A stretch of DNA of 64,000 nt. It comes from Perna viridis (lineage: Eukaryota). Below, in pieces: positions 51,801 through 63,800 of this stretch (position 1 is the stretch's first letter; each line of letters begins with the position of its first letter). The position numbers were made by a program, and so were the translations under genes. The stretch spans positions 25,816,704 through 25,880,703 of the forward strand of contig CM074521.1 in NCBI GenBank assembly GCA_037379345.1, read 5' to 3'. The notes under the pieces are model-generated. The model was not told the origin of the DNA and made no database searches. It saw nothing but the letters and a program-made list of their open reading frames with translations.

Positions 51801-54800
51801 TGTTTTCACAAGATAGGGGTATATTTAGAAATCATTATGGAGATTAGGCTTCACATCACAAGAAGCAAAATGCACCTATGAAATGTACAGAAATGTTTTT
51901 CCTTTCAGAAACTGTTGAAATTTTTTAAATGAGATGAGAACTTTTTTCACAGCACTATGAGGAACAGGGGTAATTTCTGCGTAGGACTATTTTTGCGTAC
52001 GTTCCAAATGCTCATTGTTTGAATTGGTGGTCTGTAACCTAAAGAGTCATTTTCTGTCTTAGAAAAAATATATAACTATACAAGTATCTTCTTATACACA
52101 TACTGAATGCATTTGCAAAGTTTCAGTGAAATGTGACAAGCACTTTTTTAAATATTTGATTTTTAAATATAGGGTAACCAAGCTGCGCGAGCAAAAAAGT
52201 GACAATATTCTACCATACTTAAATGCATTAAATATTTGCAAAGAACTTTTTCTGACTTTTCAAATAAAAAAAATCAATCACAACTTGTTTTTTAACAATA
52301 TTTATAAAGAGATAGCCTTTAAAAATAGTCATTTTCTGAAAAATTGGTCTATTTTTAAAAATTTATGTCTGACATGCCTCCCCCTTTTTCTTGATCACAT
52401 GTCAAAAACCCTAAATCTTTAAATTTTCGCAAAAGGTGATATCTTTGGCTTTAAATTTGTAAATACAGTGTTTTCACAATAAAACATGGCAAGTTAAGGG
52501 CACCTAAAGCAAAAAAAGTACTCAAAAATGCATTTTCCATGTTGCCATAGGGAAATGCTTATATGTCCTTAACCGCAGTAATGAAAGTGAGTTTTTCCTC
52601 ATTTCTAATCAAATTTTTGCTCAAATTTACACAAAACTTGATTTCAAGTGCTGATTACCACCATATTTAAGTAAATATAGCCCTCAAAGTTAAATATTTG
52701 GTATTTTTACTAAGTTTTCTACACTTTTCACAAGATAGGACATAAAATTCAGCCAAAAAGACCAATTTCCCATAATTTGGACCTATAACTTAAAAAATTG
52801 CATATTTTGAAGGATTTTTGTAGTGTTTTCCTCTCATAGCAAAGTTTACAAGATCTTCAAGTAGTTTAAAGCTATTCCAAGAAACTTATCATTTTTCCAT
52901 GGCCTCAGCTTAAGGCTAAAAACCACTAATTCCACTTCCCATAGGCTTCTATGCTAATTTCACAATATTCAATGGCTTCTCTGGACTTTACCTTAACTTT
53001 AACCTGCAGAGGACTATATATCAGCATGATTCTACATATGTCAGCTCACAATCCTCAGAATGGCATGTGGGGTTAGCAGACTTGCAGTGCAGTACTGGTC
53101 ACCGGAAGTGAAGTGTCTATAAATAGCATGGGAAATCCCAGTGTTTTCACAAGATAGGGGTATATTTAGAAATCATTATGGAGATTAGGCTTCACATCAC
53201 AAGAAGCAAAATGCACCTATGAAATGTACAGAAATGTTTTTCCTTTCAGAAACTGTTGAAAATTTTTAAATGAGATGAGAACTTTTTTCACAGCACTATG
53301 AGGAACAGGGGTAATTTCTGCGTAGGACTATTTTTGCGTACGTTCCAAATGCTCATTGTTTGAATTAGTGGTCTGTAACCTAAAGAGTCATTTTCTGTCT
53401 TAGAAAAAATATATAACTATACAAGTATCTTCTTATACACATACTGAATGCATTTGCAAAGTTTCAGTGAAATGTGACAAGCACTTTTTTAAATATTTGA
53501 TTTTTAAATATAGGGTAACCAAGTTGCGCGAGCAAAAAAGTGACAATATTCTACCATACTTAAATGCATTAAATATTTGCAAAGAACTTTTTCTGACTTT
53601 TCAAATAAAAAAAATCAATCACAACTTGTTTTTTAACAATATTTATAAAGAGATAGCCTTTAAAAATAGTCATTTTCCGAAAAATTGGTCTATTTTTAAA
53701 AATTTATGTCTGACATGCCTCCCCCTTTTTCTTGATCACATGTCAAAAACCCTAAATCTTTAAATTTTCGCAAAAGGTGATATCTTTGGCTTTAAATTTG
53801 TAAATACAGTGTTTTCACAATAAAACATGGCAAGTTAAGGGCACCTAAAGCAAAAAAAGTACTCAAAAATGCATTTTCCATGTTGCCATAGAGAAATGCT
53901 TATATGTCCTTAACCGCAGTAATGAAAGTGAGTTTTTCCTCATTTCTAATCAAATTTTTGCTCAAATTTACACAAAACTTGATTTCAAGTGCTGATTACC
54001 ACCATATTTAAGTAAATATAGCCCTCAAAGTTAAATATTTGATATTTTTACTAAGTTTTCTACACTTTTCACAAGATAGGACATAAAATTCAGCCAAAAA
54101 GACCAATTTCCCATAATTTGGACCTATAACTTAAAAAATTGCATATTTTGAAGGATTTTTGTAATGTATTCCTCTCATAGCAAAGTTTACAAGATCTTCA
54201 AGTAGTTTAAAGCTATTCCAAGAAACTTATCATTTTTCCATGGCCTCAGCTTAAGGCTAAAAACCACTAATTCCACTTCCCATAGGCTTCTATGCTAATT
54301 TCACAATATTCAATGGCTTCTCTGGACTTTACCTTAACTTTAACCTGCAGAGGACTATATATCAGCATGATTCTACATATGTCAGCTCACAATCCTCAGA
54401 ATGGCATGTGGGGTTAGCAGACTTGCAGTGCAGTACTGGTCACCGGAAGTGAAGTGTCTATAAATAGCATGGGAAATCCCAGTGTTTTCACAAGATAGGG
54501 GTATATTTAGAAATCATTATGGAGATTAGGCTTCACATCACAAGAAGCAAAATGCACCTATGAAATGTACAGAAATGTTTTTCCTTTCAGAAACTGTTGA
54601 AATTTTTTAAATGAGATGAGAACTTTTTTCACAGCACTATGAGGAACAGGGGTAATTTCTGCGTAGGACTATTTTTGCGTACGTTCCAAATGCTCATTGT
54701 TTGAATTGGTGGTCTGTAACCTTTAGGTTGGGCAAGGAGTCCCTGTGTGTTGGGATATTACCTTATCAATTTCCGGGAAATAAAATTCTGTAAGTTCAGA

Positions 54801-57800
54801 CTTAAATTACAGGTCTATGTTGAAATGTATCACTTTTTAGGATGTGCAAGAAAATGGATCATTCTAAATGGCAATGTCTATTTTTTAATAAATGTGCCCT
54901 GAATAACAGTGAAATAATGAATAAATGAATGTACCTATGCTTGAGAAAGAAATAAAAAAAAAATCCATTTTCAAGAACTATACTCCAGTTGATTAGCAGT
55001 TAATCATAGCATTTTGCCTGTCAAGTTTATAATTATTTAACCTTTTGAATTTACTACCAATTAAAAGATTAAAGCAACCTTTTTAAAATGATATAATTTT
55101 TATTGCATAATTAGAATTTTGAAATACTTAAGTGACAGTTAAGTTAACCAATTTCATTAATTTTTCCCTGAGGCAATAATTATTGATTTTTATACTGGTA
55201 AAGTTTGACATTTTTATTATTTTTTTTTTGTGTGTTTTGAGAATACACCCTTCCTCAGTAGAAGTGACCAGTCCCTGTAATTTAAAGTTAATGGATTATT
55301 CACATTTGGGTTTAGACAAGTTCTTTGTATATTTATGATTTGGTTAAGACTAGTTCTCTGATAGTTCAAGGTTGGGTTTAGTCAGGGTTTTGGATTATTC
55401 ATGTGTATTTTTCACAGTTGGGTTTAGACAGGTTCTTGGATTATTTACAGTTGGGTTAAGACAGATTCTTGGATTATTCTCAGGGATAATCAGAGTTGGG
55501 ATTATACAGGTTTTCAGATTATTGCTGGGGATTATTTAGGTTTGGTATAGACAAGTTGTCAGATTATTCAAGGTTAGGATTTTACAGGTTCTCACATTAT
55601 TCATGGTTGCAGGGTTTAGACAGGTTCTCGGATTATCCAAGGTTTAGTTTAGTCAAGTTCTAGGATTATTTATGGTTTGAATTACACAAGTTCTCACATT
55701 ATTCTAGGTTGAGTTTAGACAGATTCTCAGATTAATCAAGGTCGGTTTCAACCAGTTCTCAGATTATTCAAGGTCAAGCAGGTTCTCAGATTATTTAAGG
55801 TCTGTTTCAATAGGTTTTTAGATTATTCATAGTTGCAGGGTTTCGGCGGGTTCTCACATTAAGATTTTGTTAGACAGGTTTTACTGTATTATTTAAACAT
55901 GCTCATGATTGCAAAAAAGATAATGTTCTATTAATTTTTTTTCTTTACTTTTACTTAGAACCCTGATTTTTTAGCAGGAGGGATGTTGATAGAAAAAAAA
56001 AATGGTTGCAGAGAAAGGTGTAAAATTTGTATTGTATGACTTGTTGTAATAAGTAATAAATTTATGTAAAAAGACACTCTTGAATGCATGATTTATACTT
56101 TTCACTATTGATCACTATTAGTAGCAGAAGGAATGACTTTTTTTGGCCAAATTACATTTTACAGAGTAATGAGTAAATTTTGATTATATAAATTTACCTT
56201 TCTTTAAAACAAGTTGTTTTTATTATATCTCCAGTTGCATGTGAACACCCGCAGACCATAGACTACAGCAGTCCATATGTTGAAGTGGCAGTTTCTGATG
56301 CTGCTAATACTAGCATCCCTGAAAATTCCTTGTCTGGGTCAGGATCATCATGGATACCAGGATCAGGGGAGAGCACCATTACTTTTACTGTCAAGAGTGT
56401 GAATGACACTGCTGAGTTCTATGACTTAACATTTAAAGTAAGGAATGTTGATCAAGTCTCCATGGATCTGTTTGATGCTGTAGGAAACAACTTTTTTTCC
56501 AGAACAGTGAGTTTTCATCTAATTAAATCACTTCAGTTTTATGGTGCAGATTTTTTAGCAGTTAACAATATATTACAATAGCTTGTGGTGCAATTATGGT
56601 ATGGTGGAAAGAGGAGGGGTGGTGGGGGTAAAGGGGACAGGAATTGGTGGTTGAAAGGGTGGGGAGGGGATGGGGAACTATTGTTGAAGGGACAGGGAAT
56701 AGAGAGTGAAAAATTATGGGAAGCGGGGATTATGGTTTGGTCAACAATAACCTGGGTAAAATTGAAGAGGTTGGGAAACGGTGATCAGAAGGGTAGGAGG
56801 CGGTGATCTAGGGGGAGGGAAGCAGGGGTTAAGTACCCCCCCCGTCCACCCTCTCGGTTATGGTATTGTAAATATTGTCCTGAGTAATATTATACCCCCA
56901 CCCATTATTAGGCTATAAATATCTTGTCAGTCTGTCCATTACTCTTCTCTGTAGCAGATTTCTCAGCTTCTATTGGAAGGAAGGCTTTGATATTTGGTAT
57001 TTGGCTTTTGCATGATGACTTGTACCATGTCTCTCCTTTTTCAGTTTACAGCTTATCTGTTACTTGCTTACATGATACATACATTTAACAGGAATGGTTG
57101 AGTGGGTATTATCATCACCATGTAGTGTGCAGCATTTTCTTTCATGTTACATTACACATGCTAGTGCAGTATGTACATGACTTTGTGTATGATAAGAGAT
57201 AATGTTAACCAAATATTCAAGCAAAAACAACTTTGTCATATTATTTAAGCACAAGTTAAATTACTGTATAAAAAGCCTTTACATAGTTGATGAGGTTATA
57301 TGAATGAGTTGCCATATTTGCTTCCATACTATTTACTTCCTGTGGTAAATATTATTGACCAGTCTTTTTTTTACAGTTCATGTCTTTCTATAGTAACAAA
57401 CAAGACTATACACTTATTCATGTACTAAATAAGACATACATGTTTAGTGTATCATGATTAGGAAGAATAATCAAGGGAACCAAGGTTATAGCGGTAATCA
57501 AAGAGTAACCAAGGGAACCAAGGTTATAGCGGTTATCAAAGAGTAACCAAGGGAACCAAGGTTATAGCGGTAATCAAAAGTAGAATAAGTCACATCTTCA
57601 TTGGACATAAAAACTACCAAATAAGACATATATGTATAGTGTATAATGATCAGGAAAGTAGGAAAAGTCACAGGAAGAAAAGTCACAATATATTTTATCC
57701 TAGTAGATATGGTTCTATTCACATGTCAACTGTAGCCATGGTGTCCCATTCTTGTTTTCATTGCAGTTCTATTGTGTAATGATAATTTATTAGTTCTAAA

Positions 57801-60800
57801 ACAAACAAATTTCACTATGCAAAACAGGCCCTGGGCATTGTCACTTATGCGCCCCCCTGTTAAGATACATGTAATAAGTAAATTTAGAAACTACATGTAA
57901 ATGGCTTCCTTCCCAATTGAAAAAAAACACTTTATTTTAAAACAATTTTGTTTTCATGTTTCTTTTTCAATTATTATTTTTTTATTATTAGTATTAAAAA
58001 TTATTTTTTTAATGTGACTGAAACTTTCAACTTTTCAGTCATCATTATACAAATATAATACATGATGTATACAATTATTTAACTTCCGTATTAATACAGG
58101 TGATAAAAAGTGAATGATTATAGTTGTCTTCCATAAAAACTCCACATATGTATAAACTTAGAATTTATTTCCTGATACTCAATGCAATGGTTAGTATGGC
58201 AAGTATTAAGTACTTCCTTGTCTAAGAATCAGGCAAAATGTGTTTAAGGTGTGGCACATAAAGAAAAGAAACATGCACAAAGATTTTATTGCATTATCCA
58301 TGTACTTCTACCTCACAACTGTCAGAATTAACAATAAAAGTGTTTGTAAAGTTTGTCTTCTTAATTATAAGATATTGCGTCATCCAGTTTAGTTGAAATG
58401 AACTATGAAAAATGGCTGGACAATTTTCCAGCACTTTTTCCCAATATAAGCAGTCAAAAAATATCTAAGCCACAGATGATTCTGGATAAATTTAAATAGC
58501 TTTGTGGTTTTCTAGATGTACTGAAAATGTTTTAGGCAAAAATAACTTAATTGGAGAAAATTATGTGACACATTTTGTCTGATTCTTACACAGAATGGTA
58601 CTTAATTGCTTATTGTCACCTAACTGACAGGTCACCTTTGGTTCCAATAAACAATAAGAAATGACTAATTACCAGTACAGGTATAATTTCAATAGGTGAC
58701 TTCCTTCTGTATTGTAGGGGTCAAATATGTGTAATGGAGAAAACAAAAGAAAAGTTTTATCAGGGTTTAATCAATTTTATCTACATACATATGTACTTGT
58801 GAATATCTTATAGTTCACATACATGTATAGGACTTCTATTCTTTTGAAATTTTGGAGGAAACATTTTGAATAAACTGTTTTCAGTGTAAACATACAGAAC
58901 TGAAAGTAATATACATTGTATTTCTAATTTTATCACCTTAGATATTCAAGATGATTATATAAGGAAATAAGATTTTGTTATTTATTTTTACACATTGATA
59001 TTTTATATGTTATATTTATTGCCTCAAAATCAAGACTGAAAAAATCAAATCTGCACCATAGAATAAATATGTGGAAGAAACAAATCTGAAATGCTTTTGA
59101 CATTGTTAATATACTATTATGCTAACATTGTACAAAAAAATGTAGAAATATAGTTTTTTTAATAAGGTTATTTTTTATAAAGTTATATAACAGATTTATT
59201 TTTATATAAAAGCTACTGCTTAAGACAATTTGAATAAAAAAAAATATTATACTCTTATACAATGTATATATATATGATACCACAGTTAAATCATGTATCT
59301 GCTATGAAAGTAGAATAACAGTATTATATTTTTCAAAATTGAAGTTTGAATAAGATTATCAAATCAAATTTAATAGTACTGTTTGTTAACTTTGATATTC
59401 AGATATACATGTAGTAAACAAATGTTACGAATGGAAAAGAATTTTAAATTGGGTAGGTCAAAAGGTCACCGGACAAAAAGTCACATTTTCTTTTAAAGAA
59501 GAAGTGAAGATTTGCAGAATGTTCTTTGGCTTTTTTCTGTAAGTTTACATTAGTAGGGTCTTAAAGCTATTGGTTTTTAGAAGAACATATTCAAAAATTT
59601 TCTTTTTCAAATGTCAGATATTTCTTTTTTTTTTTTTTTAATGAAATTGCATGTGAAAAACACATTTTGACCTCTGAATTCTACTTACAGATTACATTCA
59701 AATATTTTGACTTCAGGCTTTTTTTTTTTGTTCAATTTAAAGCAAAACATAAAACAACGACTTACATCATGTTCCTATCATGTTTATGTTTTCAATTGTT
59801 AAAACTAATTGTAAATGTGCACTGTAATGGCTTCTCTGGGTGTGTAATATGATATTTCCAGCTACAGCCTTCTCTAAAGAAACTTTGAGCTGGTTTAGAA
59901 CAACTGGTAAATATATAACTGCTGGGAGGTAATGAATTTTTTTTGTTGGGATATCGATACTAGTGCAAAAAATAGACAAATGATAGCTTTGTTTCCCCTT
60001 TTTTCTGGAAGCCCACCTCTTTTTCATATTTTCTGGATCTGCCCCTGACTCCGACACAGAAACAGCAGTTATTTACTTGTATTTGTATATTGTTTACTCC
60101 ATCATGTTTTTACAAAAGGAGTATCTGTTGTTGAGGACTTTAGTATATGCTTATTAATTACAATATTTCAAAAAGAACCAGCTGTCAACCTAAGGATCGT
60201 GCTTAATTATAATTTAGTAACTCGTTAGAAAAAAAGGATAAATATTTCTACTTTTGATGTAAGGTAATTGAGAAAATTTATTTATTGATTGTGGTCATTG
60301 ATTTTTATATATATTTTAGTTTCAAGAGATGTTTGAGGTGTAAATTGTTAAAGATTGTGTTGGCAAAATCAGAGTTTTTTCCCTTGGAAATAAAATGGTA
60401 GTACATTTAATTGAATTTTCTCCCATCAGATAATAAGAAAGATAATGTGAAACCATTCTTGATAATGATAGCTAAAATTTCTGATTTTTTGACTTAAAAA
60501 TCACTCACTGCATCATTGCTTCTTAACACAATAAATGGAAGTGGAATCCTCATAGGCATTATCTATACCATTTATATAACCTATTGGACTATGGATTGAC
60601 AAAGTTTTGTATTTCATTTCTTTACAGAAAACATTTTCTAGTCCTGAGATAGAAAATCAAGTGACAGTAAAATTTAATGGTCAGGCAGGGGAAACAATTC
60701 TTCTCAGACTGACCAAAGCCAATACTACAGATGATCCTGAACTTTATGATGTATCAGTTGAAACATGTCTTAAACCAGGTAATGATTTTTTTTATCTTTA

Positions 60801-63800
60801 TCAGTGTTGTTCACCAAGCAGGTTTTTTTCCTGCATTGTACTGTACACCATTCTTGTTAGCACATCTGAGCAGCAGGCTTTTATCATCAGTTTCTTGAAA
60901 AAAATCTCTAAAACTACTTGGCAATTTTTAATCAAATTTAAGCAAACACATCATGAATTTGCCAAAAGGCCATGTGAGCTATTGCCATCACTTGACATCT
61001 GTTGTTGTTGAACATTGTTAACTACTTTTTCAAAACTTTTCTACTACTGGACCAGTTAGAACCAAATTTGGTAAGAGTGTTCCTTAAGGTACTCAACATA
61101 GAATGGATTAGGGGATTTTTTATCTGTTGAAAAACATGGCTGCAGTTACTGAAAATGGAACATTCGGATCAGACAGAAGTTTTTCGCATACATCTCCAAA
61201 ACCATTAAGTTTAACTGATTTCTGCCTATTTTCAGTGTTTTTCACTATTTTTGCCTATTTTCAGTGTTTTTCACTATTTTTAGTGATATTACTTTTACTG
61301 TGTTGACTTATCATATAATTATGTTTATTTTACCCACCTAAACACATATTTGCAAGCTGGAAAATATTACCTATTTCAGTGGCACATCCTATCATCTTAT
61401 ATACACGAACTGGCCCAAACTTGGCTATCTTTTAGGGTTACCTTTTGTATTAACCAAAACAAATTAGAGCAAAATTGGGAAAAAATGTGACTTTTTTTAA
61501 GCATCATGAGTTTCACTCAAGACTAACTAGGGTCAAATCTTTGGATAGTTATTAGTCTTTGAAAAGTGTGAAAAATTTATTAAGTTCTTTGATGATTTTA
61601 ACCTTTTTTCTTAAGGCACATAGGTCATGCACATTCAAGTAGTGAGATACTCTCTATGATCAAGTGCTTTACAATTATTACCCGTTCAAAGTTGGGGGGT
61701 ACATAAGAATCAGTTTGTCTGTCTGTATGTTCAGCTGTCCACATATCTTGAAGTGTAACTCCTTAACTGCTCAAGGGATTTTGATGAAACTTTGTAGATC
61801 AGTTGGTCATCATATGAAGATAAAGTTACTGTCATGGGACTGCACAGGGATATAATCAGACGAAGTTTTTACATGTTGAAACCTTGAAGGGCAACTCTTC
61901 CTTAACCATTCAAGAGGTTTTGATGAAACTTAATAGGAAGGTTGAGCAATACATGAAGATGTACCACACATGAGAATTATATGGTTTGCATCATATGATT
62001 ATCATATAAATCGAGCACCATATGATAATCATATGTTTCGGTTTACATATGATAATCATATGTTTTTAACAATCATGTGATTGTCATATGTTTTCAAGCC
62101 AAAATTAATGTATGAGAATCTTATCCGATAATCATATGACTATCATATGTTAAATATCATATGTTTGTCATATGATTACCATATAATTATCATATGAATC
62201 CAGCACCATATGATTATCATACGTGGCTCATTTGGCTGTGTAGTTACTGTCCAGGGACTCCAAAGGCAGATAATCCAACTTACAAAACCTTGTAAGCAAA
62301 ACCATATGAGGGATTTTGATGAATATTTATTGGAACATTGAGTATTTTATGTAGATGTGCATTTATTGTTACTGTCGGGGGACACCAAAGAGAGAAAGTT
62401 GAAAGTACTGGTTATACATTCAATTGCATTTGAAGTTGGGGCATTCTCATTTTTGAGCTTGCTCACAGTATTTCTAGTTATTAGTGTTTTTTTGAAGTTT
62501 TACTTTTACTTTGGCAAAGAACAGTTCATATCATTTTCATTAACCTTCATAGGTCTGTAATAATTATTTTGTCTTTTATGCAGCATTCATTCCTACAACA
62601 GTGTCAACTGCTGGACCTTCTGGTGTCACAACAGTAACTACTACAGAAACCACACCAATAGGTCCTTCAACAACAAAAGGAGGAGCTGGTGGAACACCTC
62701 CACCAAAAATAACATTTACCTCTGGTGTTACATCAGCACCAACTACTGCAACAACAATACTGACTGGGCCAACCGGACCAACTGTAGAAACTGGTCCAAC
62801 TACAACAGGAACTGGACCAACAACAGCAGGAACTGGTCCTACAACAGCTGGTACTGGACCAACAACTGCACCCACTGGTCCAACCACTGCAACAACTGGT
62901 CCAACAACTCCAGCCTCTGGACCTACAACCACAGGCACTGGTCCAACTGGAACTGGACCTACAACAACAGCTGTAACTGGCAGCACTACAACTGGCACAG
63001 GACCTACAACAGCAGGTACTGGACCAAGTCCAACAGGAACTGGACTTACAACAGCAGGCACTGGACCAACAACTGCAGGCACTGGTCGAACTACAACAGC
63101 AGCTACTGGACCAACAACTGCAGGCACTGGTCCGACTACAACAGCAGGTACTGGTCCAACACCAACTGGAACTGGAGCAACTACAGCAGTAACTGGTACC
63201 ACTCCAACTGGCACTAGACCAACAACTGCAGCCACTGGTCCAACAACTGCAAGCACTGGACCTACAACTGCAGCCACTGGTCCAACTGGAACTGGACCTA
63301 CAACAACAGCTGTAACTGGCACAGGACCTACAACAGCAGGTACTGGACCAACACCAACTGTAACTGGAGCTACAGCAACAGGAACTGGAGCAACTACAGC
63401 GGTCAGTGGTACCACTCCAACTGGCACTGGACCGACAACTGCAGGCACTGGTCCAACTACAACAGCAGGTACTGGTCCAACACCAACTGGAACTGGAGCT
63501 ACAACAACAGGAACTGGAGCAACTACAGCAGTAACTGGTACCACGCCAACTGGCACTGGATCAACAACAGCAGCCACTGGTCCAACAACTGCACTAACTG
63601 GTGCAACAACTTCAGCCTTTGGACCTACAACTGTAGGCACTGGTCCAACTTCTACAGGAACTGGACCTACAACAGCAGGTACTGGACCAACAACTGCAGG
63701 CACTGGTCCGACTACAACAGCAGGTACTGGTCCAACTACAACAGCAGGTACTGGTCCAACACCAACTAGAACTGGAACAACTACAGCAGTAACTGGTACC

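Noticed and set aside
52126-53763. Duplicated 98-aa ORFs in the 1341-bp repeat
   Set aside because: AT-rich chance ORFs with a non-ATG start and no transposase motifs.
56585-56860. G-rich 73-aa ORF or possible G-quadruplex
   Set aside because: Low-complexity intronic repeat remnant with no splice or domain support.
59862-59906. 45-nt exon-like segment (cag|...ACT G|gtaaat; [14 protein letters not shown])
   Set aside because: Open only as phase 1-1, but it lies in a phase-0 intron splitting a domain; in phase 0 it contains TGA.
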